DNA of 64,000 nucleotides. Source: a bacterium (GTDB lineage Bacteria > Hydrothermota > Tepidihabitantia > Tepidihabitantales > Tepidihabitantaceae). A program made the position numbers and the translations under genes. Positions within the stretch are counted from its first letter, which is position 1, and each line of letters starts with the position of its first letter. Location: contig JAWOHE010000089.1 of NCBI GenBank assembly GCA_046485285.1, positions 1-64,000 on the forward strand, read 5' to 3'. Positions 1-8,799 of the stretch are shown in pieces. The notes below the pieces were generated by a model, which worked only from the letters and a program-made list of their open reading frames with translations, was not told where the DNA came from and searched no databases.

Positions 1-113
1 TTCCGGCTGATGCCGAACTCGCTGCAGACCCGCTTCATACACGCGTCGGACTCTCTCGCCACCATCACAAACTCGGCGCGAAGACGCTGGAACCGGTTCT
101 CGATCCAGGACAT
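1..113 (-). CDS. IS481-family transposase-like N-terminal HTH (continues beyond the window start)
   Basis: Reverse strand reads MSWIENRFQRLRAEFVMVARESDACMKRVCSEFGISR, resembling the IS481 N-terminus (..EFV..A......C..FGISRKT); AGAGG RBS 7 nt upstream. Confidence 0.7.
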   Translation of the reverse strand, partial: MSWIENRFQRLRAEFVMVARESDACMKRVCSEFGISR

Positions 114-137
114 GGTCATACCTCTCTTTCATCAAAC

Positions 138-190
138 AGTGTAACCCATGTCCTGATAATAAAGTGTTACCAATGTACTGAACTCGGACC
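138..190 (-). mobile_element. IS481-like left end with tandem transposase-binding repeats
   Basis: agtgtaacccatgt (138-151) and agtgttaccaatgt (163-176), AT-rich, just upstream of the transposase-like start. Confidence 0.6.
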
Positions 191-200
191 CCGGTCGAGT

Positions 201-1568
201 TCAGGCGCGGGTCGCGCCGCGCCTGCGCCGGCGGGTGAGCTGGTGGATGCAGGCCGGGCGGCTGCGCTGACTGCCGACCCGGGCAAGGTCGCCCAGCAGT
301 CCGTCGACCGCCGCGCCCAGGGCGCGGAGCTCGCCGGCCTGACGCCGCCGGTCGTACCAGCGGGTCCACTTGCCGAGGGCCCTGGTCTCGGCCGGGGTCC
401 AGAAGCGACGCCAGCGGCGGCCCCGGGTCCTGACGTGCTTGCGCAGCCTGCCGAAGACCGAGGAGAGCGACCGCTGCGGCAGTTGCCGGCGGCGTGACCT
501 CAGTCGTTCGAGCTCGGACAGGCAGACGCGGGCCGCGCCCTGGAGGCTTTCGAACCGGCCGGCATCGAAGTCGCGCGCGAGCCGGTCAAGCACGGCCAGC
601 TCGACCTCGGACCACTGCCGGTGGATGGGCGTGCGGCCGAGCATCCGGGCGCGCTCGCAGATCTTGCCCTGCACCGCCCGTCGGCTCCGGCGGACGCCAT
701 CCCGGCCGGTCTCGCGCCGAAAGATGCTGGCGGCATCGACCGCGCCCGGGTACCGGCCGGCGATGATGGCGCGCGCGAGCCGGTCGGCCCGGCGCAGTTC
801 GGCCGGCGACCAGTCGGGCTGGACGCCGACCCAGCCGAGTTCCTGCAACTGCCGCCAGATCATCCGGCTGATGCCCAGGTACCTCCGGCGCCGGGCCAGC
901 CAGGCCGGCGGCGGCCGGCGGCGGCGCAGGCGGTCGTACTCGGCGAGGCAGGCCCGCGCGGCCGCGCTGGCGTTGGGGTACCGCCCCTTGACGACGGCGC
1001 GCGCGTAGCGCGCGGTCAGTCGCTTCTCCCGCGCGGACCAGTAGCCGTCCGGCCTGGACCAGCCGGCCGCCCGGACCAGCGCGAGAATGTGGTCGTAGAT
1101 ACCGAAGAAGGGACGGTTGCAGACCGGCATCCCGGGGCCCGAGGGCGAGCCGAGTTCGCGGTCGACGTCCTGCTTGCAGTCCCGGGCGGCCTGCTTGATG
1201 CTCGGGCACCGCCCGGACAGGAACCTGCGGGCGTGGCGCTCGGCGATGCGGCATTCCGGCTCGGACCAGTGGCTTTCCGGCCAGCGGCCGCCGAGCGCCC
1301 GCGCCCGCTGGATTATCCGGTTCCGCGCGGCGTTCCGCGTCCTCGGGACGACGGCCCAGGGGGCGTCGGGGCATTTCCGGCGCAGGGTCTCCAGCTCCGC
1401 CCGGCAGGCGGCGGCGGCCGGCCAGGACGAGCGGTACTCGCCCCGTATCATCGCGCGAGCGAACCGGTCGATGAGGCGGTCTTCCTGCCAGGACCAGAGC
1501 GCACCCACCGCCCGGCGCTTCCACGCGGCGTACGACTGGAGCAGGCGACTGCCGCCCCGGCTCCTCAC
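201..1568 (-). CDS. Arg-rich protein with six ~75-aa Myb/SANT-like repeats
   Basis: Six W[ST]xxE...R.AR....G.Y.....AA..C..E repeats; start probably GTG 1568 because ATG 1640 overlaps the -10 box. Confidence 0.7.
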   Translation of the reverse strand: MRSRGGSRLLQSYAAWKRRAVGALWSWQEDRLIDRFARAMIRGEYRSSWPAAAACRAELETLRRKCPDAPWAVVPRTRNAARNRIIQRARALGGRWPESHWSEPECRIAERHARRFLSGRCPSIKQAARDCKQDVDRELGSPSGPGMPVCNRPFFGIYDHILALVRAAGWSRPDGYWSAREKRLTARYARAVVKGRYPNASAAARACLAEYDRLRRRRPPPAWLARRRRYLGISRMIWRQLQELGWVGVQPDWSPAELRRADRLARAIIAGRYPGAVDAASIFRRETGRDGVRRSRRAVQGKICERARMLGRTPIHRQWSEVELAVLDRLARDFDAGRFESLQGAARVCLSELERLRSRRRQLPQRSLSSVFGRLRKHVRTRGRRWRRFWTPAETRALGKWTRWYDRRRQAGELRALGAAVDGLLGDLARVGSQRSRPACIHQLTRRRRRGATRA

Positions 1569-1635
1569 CGCGGCCGCCTCGCGTTGCGCGCACCGGGGCG
1601 CGAGTCGGGCGCGGGAGCGCAGACCATCGTGCGCC

Positions 1636-1663
1636 AGCATAGCGTTCCGGCCGGGGCTGTCAA
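1636..1663 (-). promoter_or_regulatory. sigma70-type promoter (copy 1 of the repeated promoter/leader element)
   Basis: TTGACA-16-TATGCT on the minus strand. Confidence 0.6.
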
Positions 1664-1806
1664 GGCGCCGCCGGCCGGGCGGGCGTTTGACAGTCCGGAG
1701 GGCCGCGCCTACAATCCCGCGACCGGTCCCGGTTCCGCCCGGCGCGGGCGGCGACCGGCGCCGCATCGAGGCGGCAGTGCCCGCGAGGACGAAGAGGAGG
1801 TGCTGA

Positions 1807-3288
1807 TTGGACCGGATACACGTCGGCAGGGGCGAACAGCCCGTTCACCTGCTCGCCAGGTACGGCAACCGCCACGGCCTGGTCGCCGGCGCCACCGGCA
1901 CCGGCAAGACCGTCTCGCTGCTGGTGCTGGCGGAGGGCTTTTCGCGGCTGGGCGTCCCGTCGTTCATCGCGGACGTCAAGGGCGACGTCGCCGGGCTGGC
2001 GATGGCGGGCGCCCTCAGCGAGAAGGTCCAGCAGCGCGTGAGCCAGATCGGCATCGAGGACTACGCCGTCGAGCCGAGCCCGGTCGTCTTCTGGGACGTG
2101 TTCGGCCGGTCCGGCCACCCGGCGCGGACGACGATCAGCGAAATCGGCCCGAGGCTGCTGGGCCGGATGCTCGAGGTCAACGACGTCCAGGCCGGGACGC
2201 TCGAGGTCGTCTTCAAGCTCGCCGACGACCAGGGCCTGCTGCTGCTCGACCTAGACGACCTGCGCGCGGTCCTCGGTTTCGCCGCCGAGAATCGCAGGGA
2301 AATCTCCGCGCAGTACGGCCTCGTCAGCACGCCGTCGATCGCCGCGATCCAGCGCAGCCTGCTGTCGCTGGAGCGGGAAGGCGGCGCGGCGCTCTTCGGC
2401 GAGCCCGCGCTCGAGCTCACCGACCTGCTGAGGACCGACCTGCGCGGCCGGGGCGTCATCAGCATCCTCGCCGCGGACCAGCTCATCCTCAAGCCGCGGC
2501 TGTACTCGAGCTTCCTGCTCTGGCTGCTGTCGGAGCTGTTCGAGAACCTGCCCGAGGTGGGCGACCTCGACAAGCCGCGGCTGGCGTTCTTCTTCGACGA
2601 GGCGCACCTGCTCTTCGACGACGCGCCGCCGGCGCTGCGCCAGCGGGTCGAGCAGGTCGTCCGGATCATCCGCTCGAAGGGGGTCGGGGTCTACTTCTGC
2701 TCGCAGTTCCCGGACGACGTGCCGAACGAGATCCTCGGCCAGCTCGGGAACCGCGTCCAGCACGCGCTCAGGGCCTACACGCCGCGCGACCAGAAGGCGG
2801 TCAGCACCGCCGCGGAGACCTTCGTCGCGAACCCGAAGCTCAACGTCGCCGAGGTGATTGCCCGGCTCGGCGTCGGCGAGGCGCTGGTTTCGACGCTCCA
2901 GGAGAAAGCGGTGCCGATGCCGGTCGAGCGCACCCTGATCTGCCCGCCGCGCTGCCGGATGGGAGCGATAACGCCCGAGGAGCGGGCGGCGGTGCGGGCG
3001 GCGAGCCCGGTCGGCGGCAAGTACGACAACCCGGTCAACCGCGAGTCGGCCTACGAGCTGCTGGGCCGGCGGGCCGCCCGGAGCGAGACCGCCGCCGCGG
3101 CGGCGAAGCCGGCCAAGCCGCAGAAGCCGGCCTCACGCGGGCCGGTCGGCGACCTGCTCTGGGGCACCGGCCGACGGCAGGGGATGGTGGAGGCGATGGC
3201 CAAGCAGGCGGCGCGGACCGCGGGGAGCCAGCTCGGCCGCCAGATCCTGCGCGGGGTGCTCGGCGGCCTGCTCGGAGGAAGGCGCTAG
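1807..3288 (+). CDS. HerA-like ATPase (DUF853/YjgR family)
   Basis: NRHGLVAGATGTGKT Walker A, DVKGD, FFFDEAHLLF, RSKGVGVYF, QLGNRVQHALRA. Confidence 0.92.
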   Translation: MDRIHVGRGEQPVHLLARYGNRHGLVAGATGTGKTVSLLVLAEGFSRLGVPSFIADVKGDVAGLAMAGALSEKVQQRVSQIGIEDYAVEPSPVVFWDVFGRSGHPARTTISEIGPRLLGRMLEVNDVQAGTLEVVFKLADDQGLLLLDLDDLRAVLGFAAENRREISAQYGLVSTPSIAAIQRSLLSLEREGGAALFGEPALELTDLLRTDLRGRGVISILAADQLILKPRLYSSFLLWLLSELFENLPEVGDLDKPRLAFFFDEAHLLFDDAPPALRQRVEQVVRIIRSKGVGVYFCSQFPDDVPNEILGQLGNRVQHALRAYTPRDQKAVSTAAETFVANPKLNVAEVIARLGVGEALVSTLQEKAVPMPVERTLICPPRCRMGAITPEERAAVRAASPVGGKYDNPVNRESAYELLGRRAARSETAAAAAKPAKPQKPASRGPVGDLLWGTGRRQGMVEAMAKQAARTAGSQLGRQILRGVLGGLLGGRR

Positions 3289-3363
3289 CGCCCGGCTCGC
3301 GGTATGATGCGAAGACCGGCTTCCCGGGCTGGCGGACCGCCCCGGGCCGTGCTATCATTATCG

Positions 3364-3810
3364 ATGCAGCCTGAGAGCCCGGCGGTCGCCCGACTCCTGC
3401 GCAGTCGGGGACTGCGGCCGACGCAGGCCCGCCAGTTGATTCTCAGCAACCTGCTCGGCCGCACCGACCACCCGAGCGCCGAGGAAATCCGGCAGGCGCT
3501 CGCCCGGCGCGGGGTCGCGATGAGTGTCGCGACACTGTACCAGAACCTGAAGCGGCTGACCGGTTCCGGGGTCGTCGCAGGCTTCGCCGGCGAGGACGGG
3601 GTGATGCGCTACGACGCCAATGTCGAGCCCCACGCGCACGCGGTCTGCCGGGTCTGCGGCCGGGTCGCGGACGTCGAGCCGGGCGAGAGCCAGCTCAAGG
3701 GACTGCTCGCCGCGCTGGCGCGGTCGGCCCGGCACTACCGGGACTGGCAGATAAGCACCGCCCGGGTCGAACTGCACGGTCTCTGCCCGCGCTGCCGCGG
3801 CAATGCCTGA
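3364..3810 (+). CDS. perR: Fur-family peroxide regulator PerR
   Basis: HPSAEEI, SVATLYQNL, RYDAN..HAH, CxxC and CPRC Zn sites; directly upstream of catalase. Confidence 0.8.
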   Translation: MQPESPAVARLLRSRGLRPTQARQLILSNLLGRTDHPSAEEIRQALARRGVAMSVATLYQNLKRLTGSGVVAGFAGEDGVMRYDANVEPHAHAVCRVCGRVADVEPGESQLKGLLAALARSARHYRDWQISTARVELHGLCPRCRGNA

Positions 3811-3814
3811 CCGG

Positions 3815-3871
3815 TTGACAGCGCCGGCCGGCGGCGTATCCTCTCCAGACCCGGTTCATAACCATTATGAA
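3815..3871 (+). promoter_or_regulatory. katA promoter with Per-box-like operator
   Basis: TTGACA(3815)-16-TATCCT; palindrome TTCATAA-cca-TTATGAA at 3855-3871. Confidence 0.7.
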
Positions 3872-3899
3872 ATCCAGCCGGGCGACGAAGGGAGCATTG

Positions 3900-5405
3900 A
3901 TGTCAGAGAAGGAACGACTGACAACCAACTTCGGCAAGCCGGTCGGCAACGACCTGCACAGCCAGACCGTCGGCAGTCCGGGCTACACCGTCCTGCCCGA
4001 CGTCCATCTCAACGAGAAGCTCGCCCACTTCAACCGCGAGCGCATCCCGGAGCGGGTCGTCCACGCCAAGGGCGCGGGCGCGCACGGGTACTTCGAGGTC
4101 ACCCACGACGTCCGGAAGTACACCTGCGCGAAGTTCCTTTCCGAGGTCGGGAAGAGGACCGAGGTCTTCGCGCGTTTCTCGACCGTCGGCGGCGAGAAAG
4201 GTTCGGCCGACGCCGAGCGCGACCCACGCGGGTTCGCGGTCAAGTTCTACACCGAGGAAGGCAACTACGACATGACCGGCAACAACACGCCGGTCTTCTT
4301 CATCCGCGACGCGATGAAGTTCCCGGACTTCATCCACACCCAGAAGCGCAACCCGGCGACCAACGCCAAGGACCCGGACGCGTTCTGGGACTTCCTGTCG
4401 CTGACCCCGGAATCGATTCACCAGGTGACGATTCTCTTTTCGGACCGGGGCACGCCGAAGAGCTACCGGCACATCAACGGCTACGCCGGCCACGCCTTCA
4501 AGTGGTACACCGCGAAGGGCGACTACTGGTGGGTGAAGATTCACTTCAAGACCGAGCAGGGCATCGCGAACCTCACCCGCGAGCAGGCGGCGGCGATGAC
4601 CGCGCAGGACCCGGACCACGCGACCAGGGACCTGTTCGAGGCCATCAGGCGCGGCGAGTTCCCGGCCTGGCAGGTGTCTATCCAGGCGATGCCGCCTGCG
4701 GACGCGGCCGGCTACCGGTTCGACCCGTTCGACGTCACCCGGGTCCTGCCCCACGGCGACTACCCGCTCATCCCGGTCGGCCGGATGGTGCTCGACCGCA
4801 ACCCGGAGAACTACTTCGCCGAGGTCGAGCAGTCGGCGTTCTGCCCGGGCAACCTCGTGCCCGGGTTCACGCTCTCGCCGGACAAGATGCTCCAGGCGCG
4901 GGCGGTGTTCTACCACGACGCCCACCGCTACCGGCTCGGCCCGAACTACCACTTGATCCCGGTCAACGCCGCGAAGGCCGCCCGGACCAGCACCTGCCAG
5001 CGCGACGGCGCGATGCGCACCGACGGCAACTTCGGCGCGGCGCCGAACTACTGGCCGAACAGCTTCGGCGGCCCGGCGCCGGATCCGGCGGCCGAGGAAC
5101 CGGCGTTCGAGCATTCGGGCACGGTTGCCCGCCGGCCCTACCCGAAGACCGACACGGACTTCGTCCAGGCCGGTGACCTGTACCGCAAGGTGATGGACGA
5201 CGCCGCGCGCGAGCACCTCGTCGGCAACATCGTCGCGCACCTCGTCAACGCGCTCGAGCGCATCCAGCTCCGGCAGGCCGCGCTGTTCCACAAGGCGGAC
5301 AAGGACTACGGCGCGCGGGTCGCGGCCGGGCTCAAGCTCGACCTGAAGTGGGTCGAGGAACTGGCCGGGCTGACGCAGGAGGAGCGAGTCAAGAGAACCT
5401 CGTAG
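3900..5405 (+). CDS. katA: Monofunctional heme catalase
   Basis: [15 protein letters not shown] active-site motif, [19 protein letters not shown]...[16 protein letters not shown] before ATG 3900. Confidence 0.97.
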   Translation: MSEKERLTTNFGKPVGNDLHSQTVGSPGYTVLPDVHLNEKLAHFNRERIPERVVHAKGAGAHGYFEVTHDVRKYTCAKFLSEVGKRTEVFARFSTVGGEKGSADAERDPRGFAVKFYTEEGNYDMTGNNTPVFFIRDAMKFPDFIHTQKRNPATNAKDPDAFWDFLSLTPESIHQVTILFSDRGTPKSYRHINGYAGHAFKWYTAKGDYWWVKIHFKTEQGIANLTREQAAAMTAQDPDHATRDLFEAIRRGEFPAWQVSIQAMPPADAAGYRFDPFDVTRVLPHGDYPLIPVGRMVLDRNPENYFAEVEQSAFCPGNLVPGFTLSPDKMLQARAVFYHDAHRYRLGPNYHLIPVNAAKAARTSTCQRDGAMRTDGNFGAAPNYWPNSFGGPAPDPAAEEPAFEHSGTVARRPYPKTDTDFVQAGDLYRKVMDDAAREHLVGNIVAHLVNALERIQLRQAALFHKADKDYGARVAAGLKLDLKWVEELAGLTQEERVKRTS

Positions 5406-5434
5406 CGCGAGGCTAACAGACGGAGGAGACACTA

Positions 5435-6082
5435 ATGAGCGAAAACGCAATGCCGCTTATCGGGGACAAGTTCCCGGAGATGAGCGTCCAGACCACCCAC
5501 GGCAGGATGGACCTGCCCAAGGCCTACGCGGGCAAGTGGTTCGTGCTGTTCAGCCACCCGGCCGACTACACGCCGGTCTGCACGACCGAGTTCGTGGCGT
5601 TCCAGAAACGCTGGGACCAGTTCCAGGCGCTGGGCTGCGAGCTCATCGGGATGAGCATCGACCAGGTGTTCTCGCACATCAAGTGGGTCCAGTGGATCAA
5701 GGAGAAGCTGGATGTCGAAATCAAGTTCCCGGTCATCGCCGACGACACCGGCAAGGTCGCCGGGAAGCTGGGACTGATTCACCCGGGCAAGGGCACGAAC
5801 ACCGTCCGGGCGGTGTTCATCGTCGACCCTAACGGCACCCTGCGGGCGATGCTCTACTACCCGCAGGAGCTGGGCCGGAACATGGACGAGATCGTCCGGA
5901 TGGTCAAGGCCCTGCAGGTCGGGGGAAAGCACAAGGTCGCGATGCCGGCCGGCTGGCCCGACAACGAGCTCATCAAGGACCGGGTTATTATCCCGCCCGC
6001 GACCGACGAGAAGACCGCGGCCGAGCGGCCGAAGCAGTACGACTGCTACGACTGGTGGTTCTGCCACAAGAAGCTGGACTGA
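5435..6082 (+). CDS. Peroxiredoxin (AhpC/Prx6-like)
   Basis: [16 protein letters not shown]-terminal CYDWWFC. Confidence 0.95.
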   Translation: MSENAMPLIGDKFPEMSVQTTHGRMDLPKAYAGKWFVLFSHPADYTPVCTTEFVAFQKRWDQFQALGCELIGMSIDQVFSHIKWVQWIKEKLDVEIKFPVIADDTGKVAGKLGLIHPGKGTNTVRAVFIVDPNGTLRAMLYYPQELGRNMDEIVRMVKALQVGGKHKVAMPAGWPDNELIKDRVIIPPATDEKTAAERPKQYDCYDWWFCHKKLD

Positions 6083-6106
6083 CCTGCCCGTCTTAACCGC
6101 CTCCTG

Positions 6107-6128
6107 GGGCCGCCCGCAAGGGCGGCCC
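6107..6128 (+). terminator. GC-rich hairpin terminator after peroxiredoxin
   Basis: gggccgccc-gcaa-gggcggccc followed by tgctgtt. Confidence 0.6.
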
Positions 6129-6195
6129 TGCTGTTCGGCGGCCCTCCTCAGCCAGCCGAGGTGCGACTAAGCCGGTATGCCCGGGTGCTCGCCAA

Positions 6196-6343
6196 CCGCC
6201 GAAATGCTAGACAGTGTCGCAGCAGCTTTCGGCGGAAATCGTCTGATAGATGGGGCGCAGATGACCACTAAGAATACCAAGACACGGTAGGGCAGGAAGT
6301 TGGCGAAATGGCCGCAACTGCCCCAAGTGGTGCAATATGTGCA
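6196..6343 (+). promoter_or_regulatory. Putative sigma54 promoter with upstream activator sites
   Basis: TGG-tgcaatatgt-GCA (6328-6343, GG-N10-GC); ccgccgaaa...gcagctttcggcgg (6196-6235) matches the motif at 53221-53256. Confidence 0.5.
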
Positions 6344-6359
6344 TCCACATAGTGACGAT

Positions 6360-6819
6360 TCTGGATTGTGCCCGCTCCGGAAAACGCCGGCCACACGGCA
6401 CATCGGTCTCACGGGTAGCTTCCCGGCCTGGCTCGCAATCACTCCGAACTTCCGTGCGCTTCCCGCCAGCCAGACCGCCGCTCGCTTTGGGAGCTCGTCC
6501 TCCTGCTTCAGCCGCAGATTCTCCCGCCGCAGCTGTCGCTTCTCCTCGTCGTCAGGCTTCAGCTTGCCCTTGCCCGGGAACGCCTGCTTCGGGTCGCCCC
6601 AGAACTGCTGCCGCCACTTGTGCAGGGTGTTCTCGTTGACCCCCAACTCCCGGGCTACCCGGGCGATCGACACGTCGCCTGCGGTCGTCAGTCGAACCGC
6701 GTTGAGCTTGAACTCGCGCGCGTAGGTCTTCCGATGCTCTCGCTCTCCTGCCACTACTCACCTCCGGTCTGATGCTACACCCGCCCTTTTCAAGCGTCCA
6801 CCATGCCGGGGGCATTCCA
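6360..6819 (-). mobile_element. Truncated IS3-family element (left IR, orfA, degenerate start of orfB)
   Basis: IR-like TGGAATGCCCCCGGCATGGTGGAC starting at 6819; OrfA RKTYAREFKLNAVRL...VARELGV...LHKW..AFPGKG...LRRENLRLK, then a PVRPMCRV fragment. Confidence 0.85.
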
Positions 6820-6912
6820 GCAGAGATCTGCAATGGCCGGAGGCGGAATCCTTGCGCCTCCGGACTTTTCGAACAGGTTGACCGGGGCGGCGGGGGAAGC
6901 AGAATGGGACGG

Positions 6913-7401
6913 ATGAACTGTCCGCGGTGCGGGAAGGTCGCCCTGCACGAACTCAGGGTCGGCGCGGTGGTGGTCGACGTCTGCCCGGAGTGCCGCGGGG
7001 CCTGGTTCGACCCGGGCGAGCTCGAGCCGGTGATGCGGGCCGGTGACGCGCCCGCGGAACTGCGCGGCCGCGCGCACGCGCTCGGCGCGGGCCAGCAGGA
7101 ATGGGAGGGCAAGCCGTGCTTCTGTCCGCGCTGTGGTGAGGAGCTGGCCCGCTACTGGTACGCGGCCGAGCCGGGCCGGACCTTCCTCGTCGACGCCTGC
7201 CCGCAGGGCCACGGCATCTGGCTCGACGGCGGCGAGCTGGAGCAGGCCCAGGACGTCCTGCGCCGGTTCGCGGCCGAGGCGAGCGCCTGCGCCCGGACCG
7301 GCCGGGTCGACGAGGCGCTCAGCCAGCTCGAGCGCGCGGGCCTCGCCGACCGCCTGCGCCGCGAAGTCACCGACGCGATCCGCGCCTGGCTCGGCCGCTG
7401 A
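6913..7401 (+). CDS. Protein with two zf-TFIIB-like zinc ribbons
   Basis: CPRC..VDVCPECRGAWFDPGEL and CPRC..VDACPQGHGIWLDGGEL. Confidence 0.85.
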   Translation: MNCPRCGKVALHELRVGAVVVDVCPECRGAWFDPGELEPVMRAGDAPAELRGRAHALGAGQQEWEGKPCFCPRCGEELARYWYAAEPGRTFLVDACPQGHGIWLDGGELEQAQDVLRRFAAEASACARTGRVDEALSQLERAGLADRLRREVTDAIRAWLGR

Positions 7402-7448
7402 CCCGGCCCGGGGTTGACCGGGACGACCGCGGCGGCAGAATTGGCTGG

Positions 7449-8054
7449 ATGAGTTCGACCGCGGAGACGCCAGTGGTCGTGGTGGACAGCCTGATGGCGC
7501 GCAGTCTCGAGCTCGAGGGGCTGTTGTGCTTCCACTGCCCCCTGCTCGAGGACCCGCGCTTCGGACCGGGCGGCGCCGGCGAGTGCCGGGTCCGGTACCG
7601 CGACCTCGCGCCGGTGCTCGGCAATCCCCGCGCCGGCATCCGGGCGGTGGTCGTCAACGGCCAGATACCGGCCTACGCGGTGTTCGGGCCGCCGGCCGCG
7701 TTCCGCAACGCGCCCGACCTGCCGTTCGAGCTCGACGACGACGCCCTGCTCGTCGCCGCGCTCCACGCCATCCCGGAGGCGCGCGCCGAGAACACCGACA
7801 TTGACCTGCTCATCGAGGTGGTCGAGTTCGCGCGCGCCAAGGGCTTCAGCCGGGTGCAGGCATTGTGCCGCGACACCCCGGGCGCGGGCCCGGAGGCGCG
7901 GACCGAGATAGTCACCGCGGCCGGGTTCGAGGTCACCGAGCCGGAGGCCGGGCTCAGGCTCGGGACGATCGAGGTCGCGGACTGGTTCGCGGGCCGCGGG
8001 GACGCGGCCGGGGAGCAGCGATATGAAGGTCCACACCGGGGAAATCAGGCTTGA
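7449..8054 (+). CDS. Hypothetical protein, distant GNAT-like fold
   Basis: Coding-like ORF; LLIEVVEFARAKGFSRVQA...AAGF resembles a GNAT C-terminus. Confidence 0.6.
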   Translation: MSSTAETPVVVVDSLMARSLELEGLLCFHCPLLEDPRFGPGGAGECRVRYRDLAPVLGNPRAGIRAVVVNGQIPAYAVFGPPAAFRNAPDLPFELDDDALLVAALHAIPEARAENTDIDLLIEVVEFARAKGFSRVQALCRDTPGAGPEARTEIVTAAGFEVTEPEAGLRLGTIEVADWFAGRGDAAGEQRYEGPHRGNQA

Positions 8055-8442
8055 CACCGCGGGCTTCTGTGACGTCCGGGACGTCACCGCCGAGGTCGAG
8101 CGCATTGTCGCGGAGTCGTGCGTCGCGGACGGGCTGGTCTGCGTCGGCTGTCCGGGTTCGACGACCGGGGTCACCACCGTCGAGTTCGAGCCGGGCGCGG
8201 TCGCGGACCTGAAGCGGGCGCTGGAGAAGCTCGCGCCGCAGAAGGGGCAGTACGACCACAACGCGACCTGGGACGACGGCAACGGCTTCGCCCACCTGCG
8301 GAGCGCGCTGGTCGGCACGTCCCGGTGCTTCCCGGTCCGGGGCGGGAGGCCGGCGCTCGGGACCTGGCAGCAGGTCGTGTTCATCGACTTCGACAACCGG
8401 AGCCGGCGCCGGACCCTCGTCGTCACGGTCGTCGGCGAGTAG
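8023..8442 (+). CDS. yjbQ: YjbQ/UPF0047 family protein
   Basis: Y.HN..W.DGNGFAHLRSALVG, LGTWQQVVFIDFD. Confidence 0.92.
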   Translation: MKVHTGEIRLDTAGFCDVRDVTAEVERIVAESCVADGLVCVGCPGSTTGVTTVEFEPGAVADLKRALEKLAPQKGQYDHNATWDDGNGFAHLRSALVGTSRCFPVRGGRPALGTWQQVVFIDFDNRSRRRTLVVTVVGE

Positions 8443-8603
8443 GCGGATGCCGGAAGACGGGGACACGGGCGGAGAGCGGAGAAGGATGCCTGCGATGCGT
8501 CGTTCCGCGGGGTCCGGGTGTGGGAGCGGCAGTGCAGGAATACCTGCCTGCGGCAGCACCCGGCCGCGATGTCTTGCGGCCGGAAGTGCGCCGTTACCGG
8601 GCG

Positions 8604-8642
8604 TCATTCCGACGGAGCCCGGAGGGCGATTGGAGGAATCCC
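8604..8642 (+). repeat. REP-like palindromic element
   Basis: gtcattccgacggagc...gaggaatccc pattern resembling common intergenic REP-like repeats. Confidence 0.35.
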
Positions 8643-8799
8643 TTTGCCCGCTTCCGACGCGGTTGCTCGACACTCAGTGTGCTTGCGGGCTGAGATGGTA
8701 CTGATAAGAGTCACGGGCGGCCCAGTATCGCGGCAATGGATTGACCGAGCCGGTTCAATGAAACCAGGCCGCCGTGCTCAATAATTACGACGCGTCCCG

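Noticed and set aside
621-3374. 917-aa ORF and many similar long overlapping ORFs
   Set aside because: Shadow frames of GC-rich genes; low-complexity Arg/Pro/Gly content and no motifs
8640-8715. SAM-I riboswitch suggested by ctcttatc/gataagag
   Set aside because: Core GAGGGA..GCCC and paired P1 elements not found in the right order
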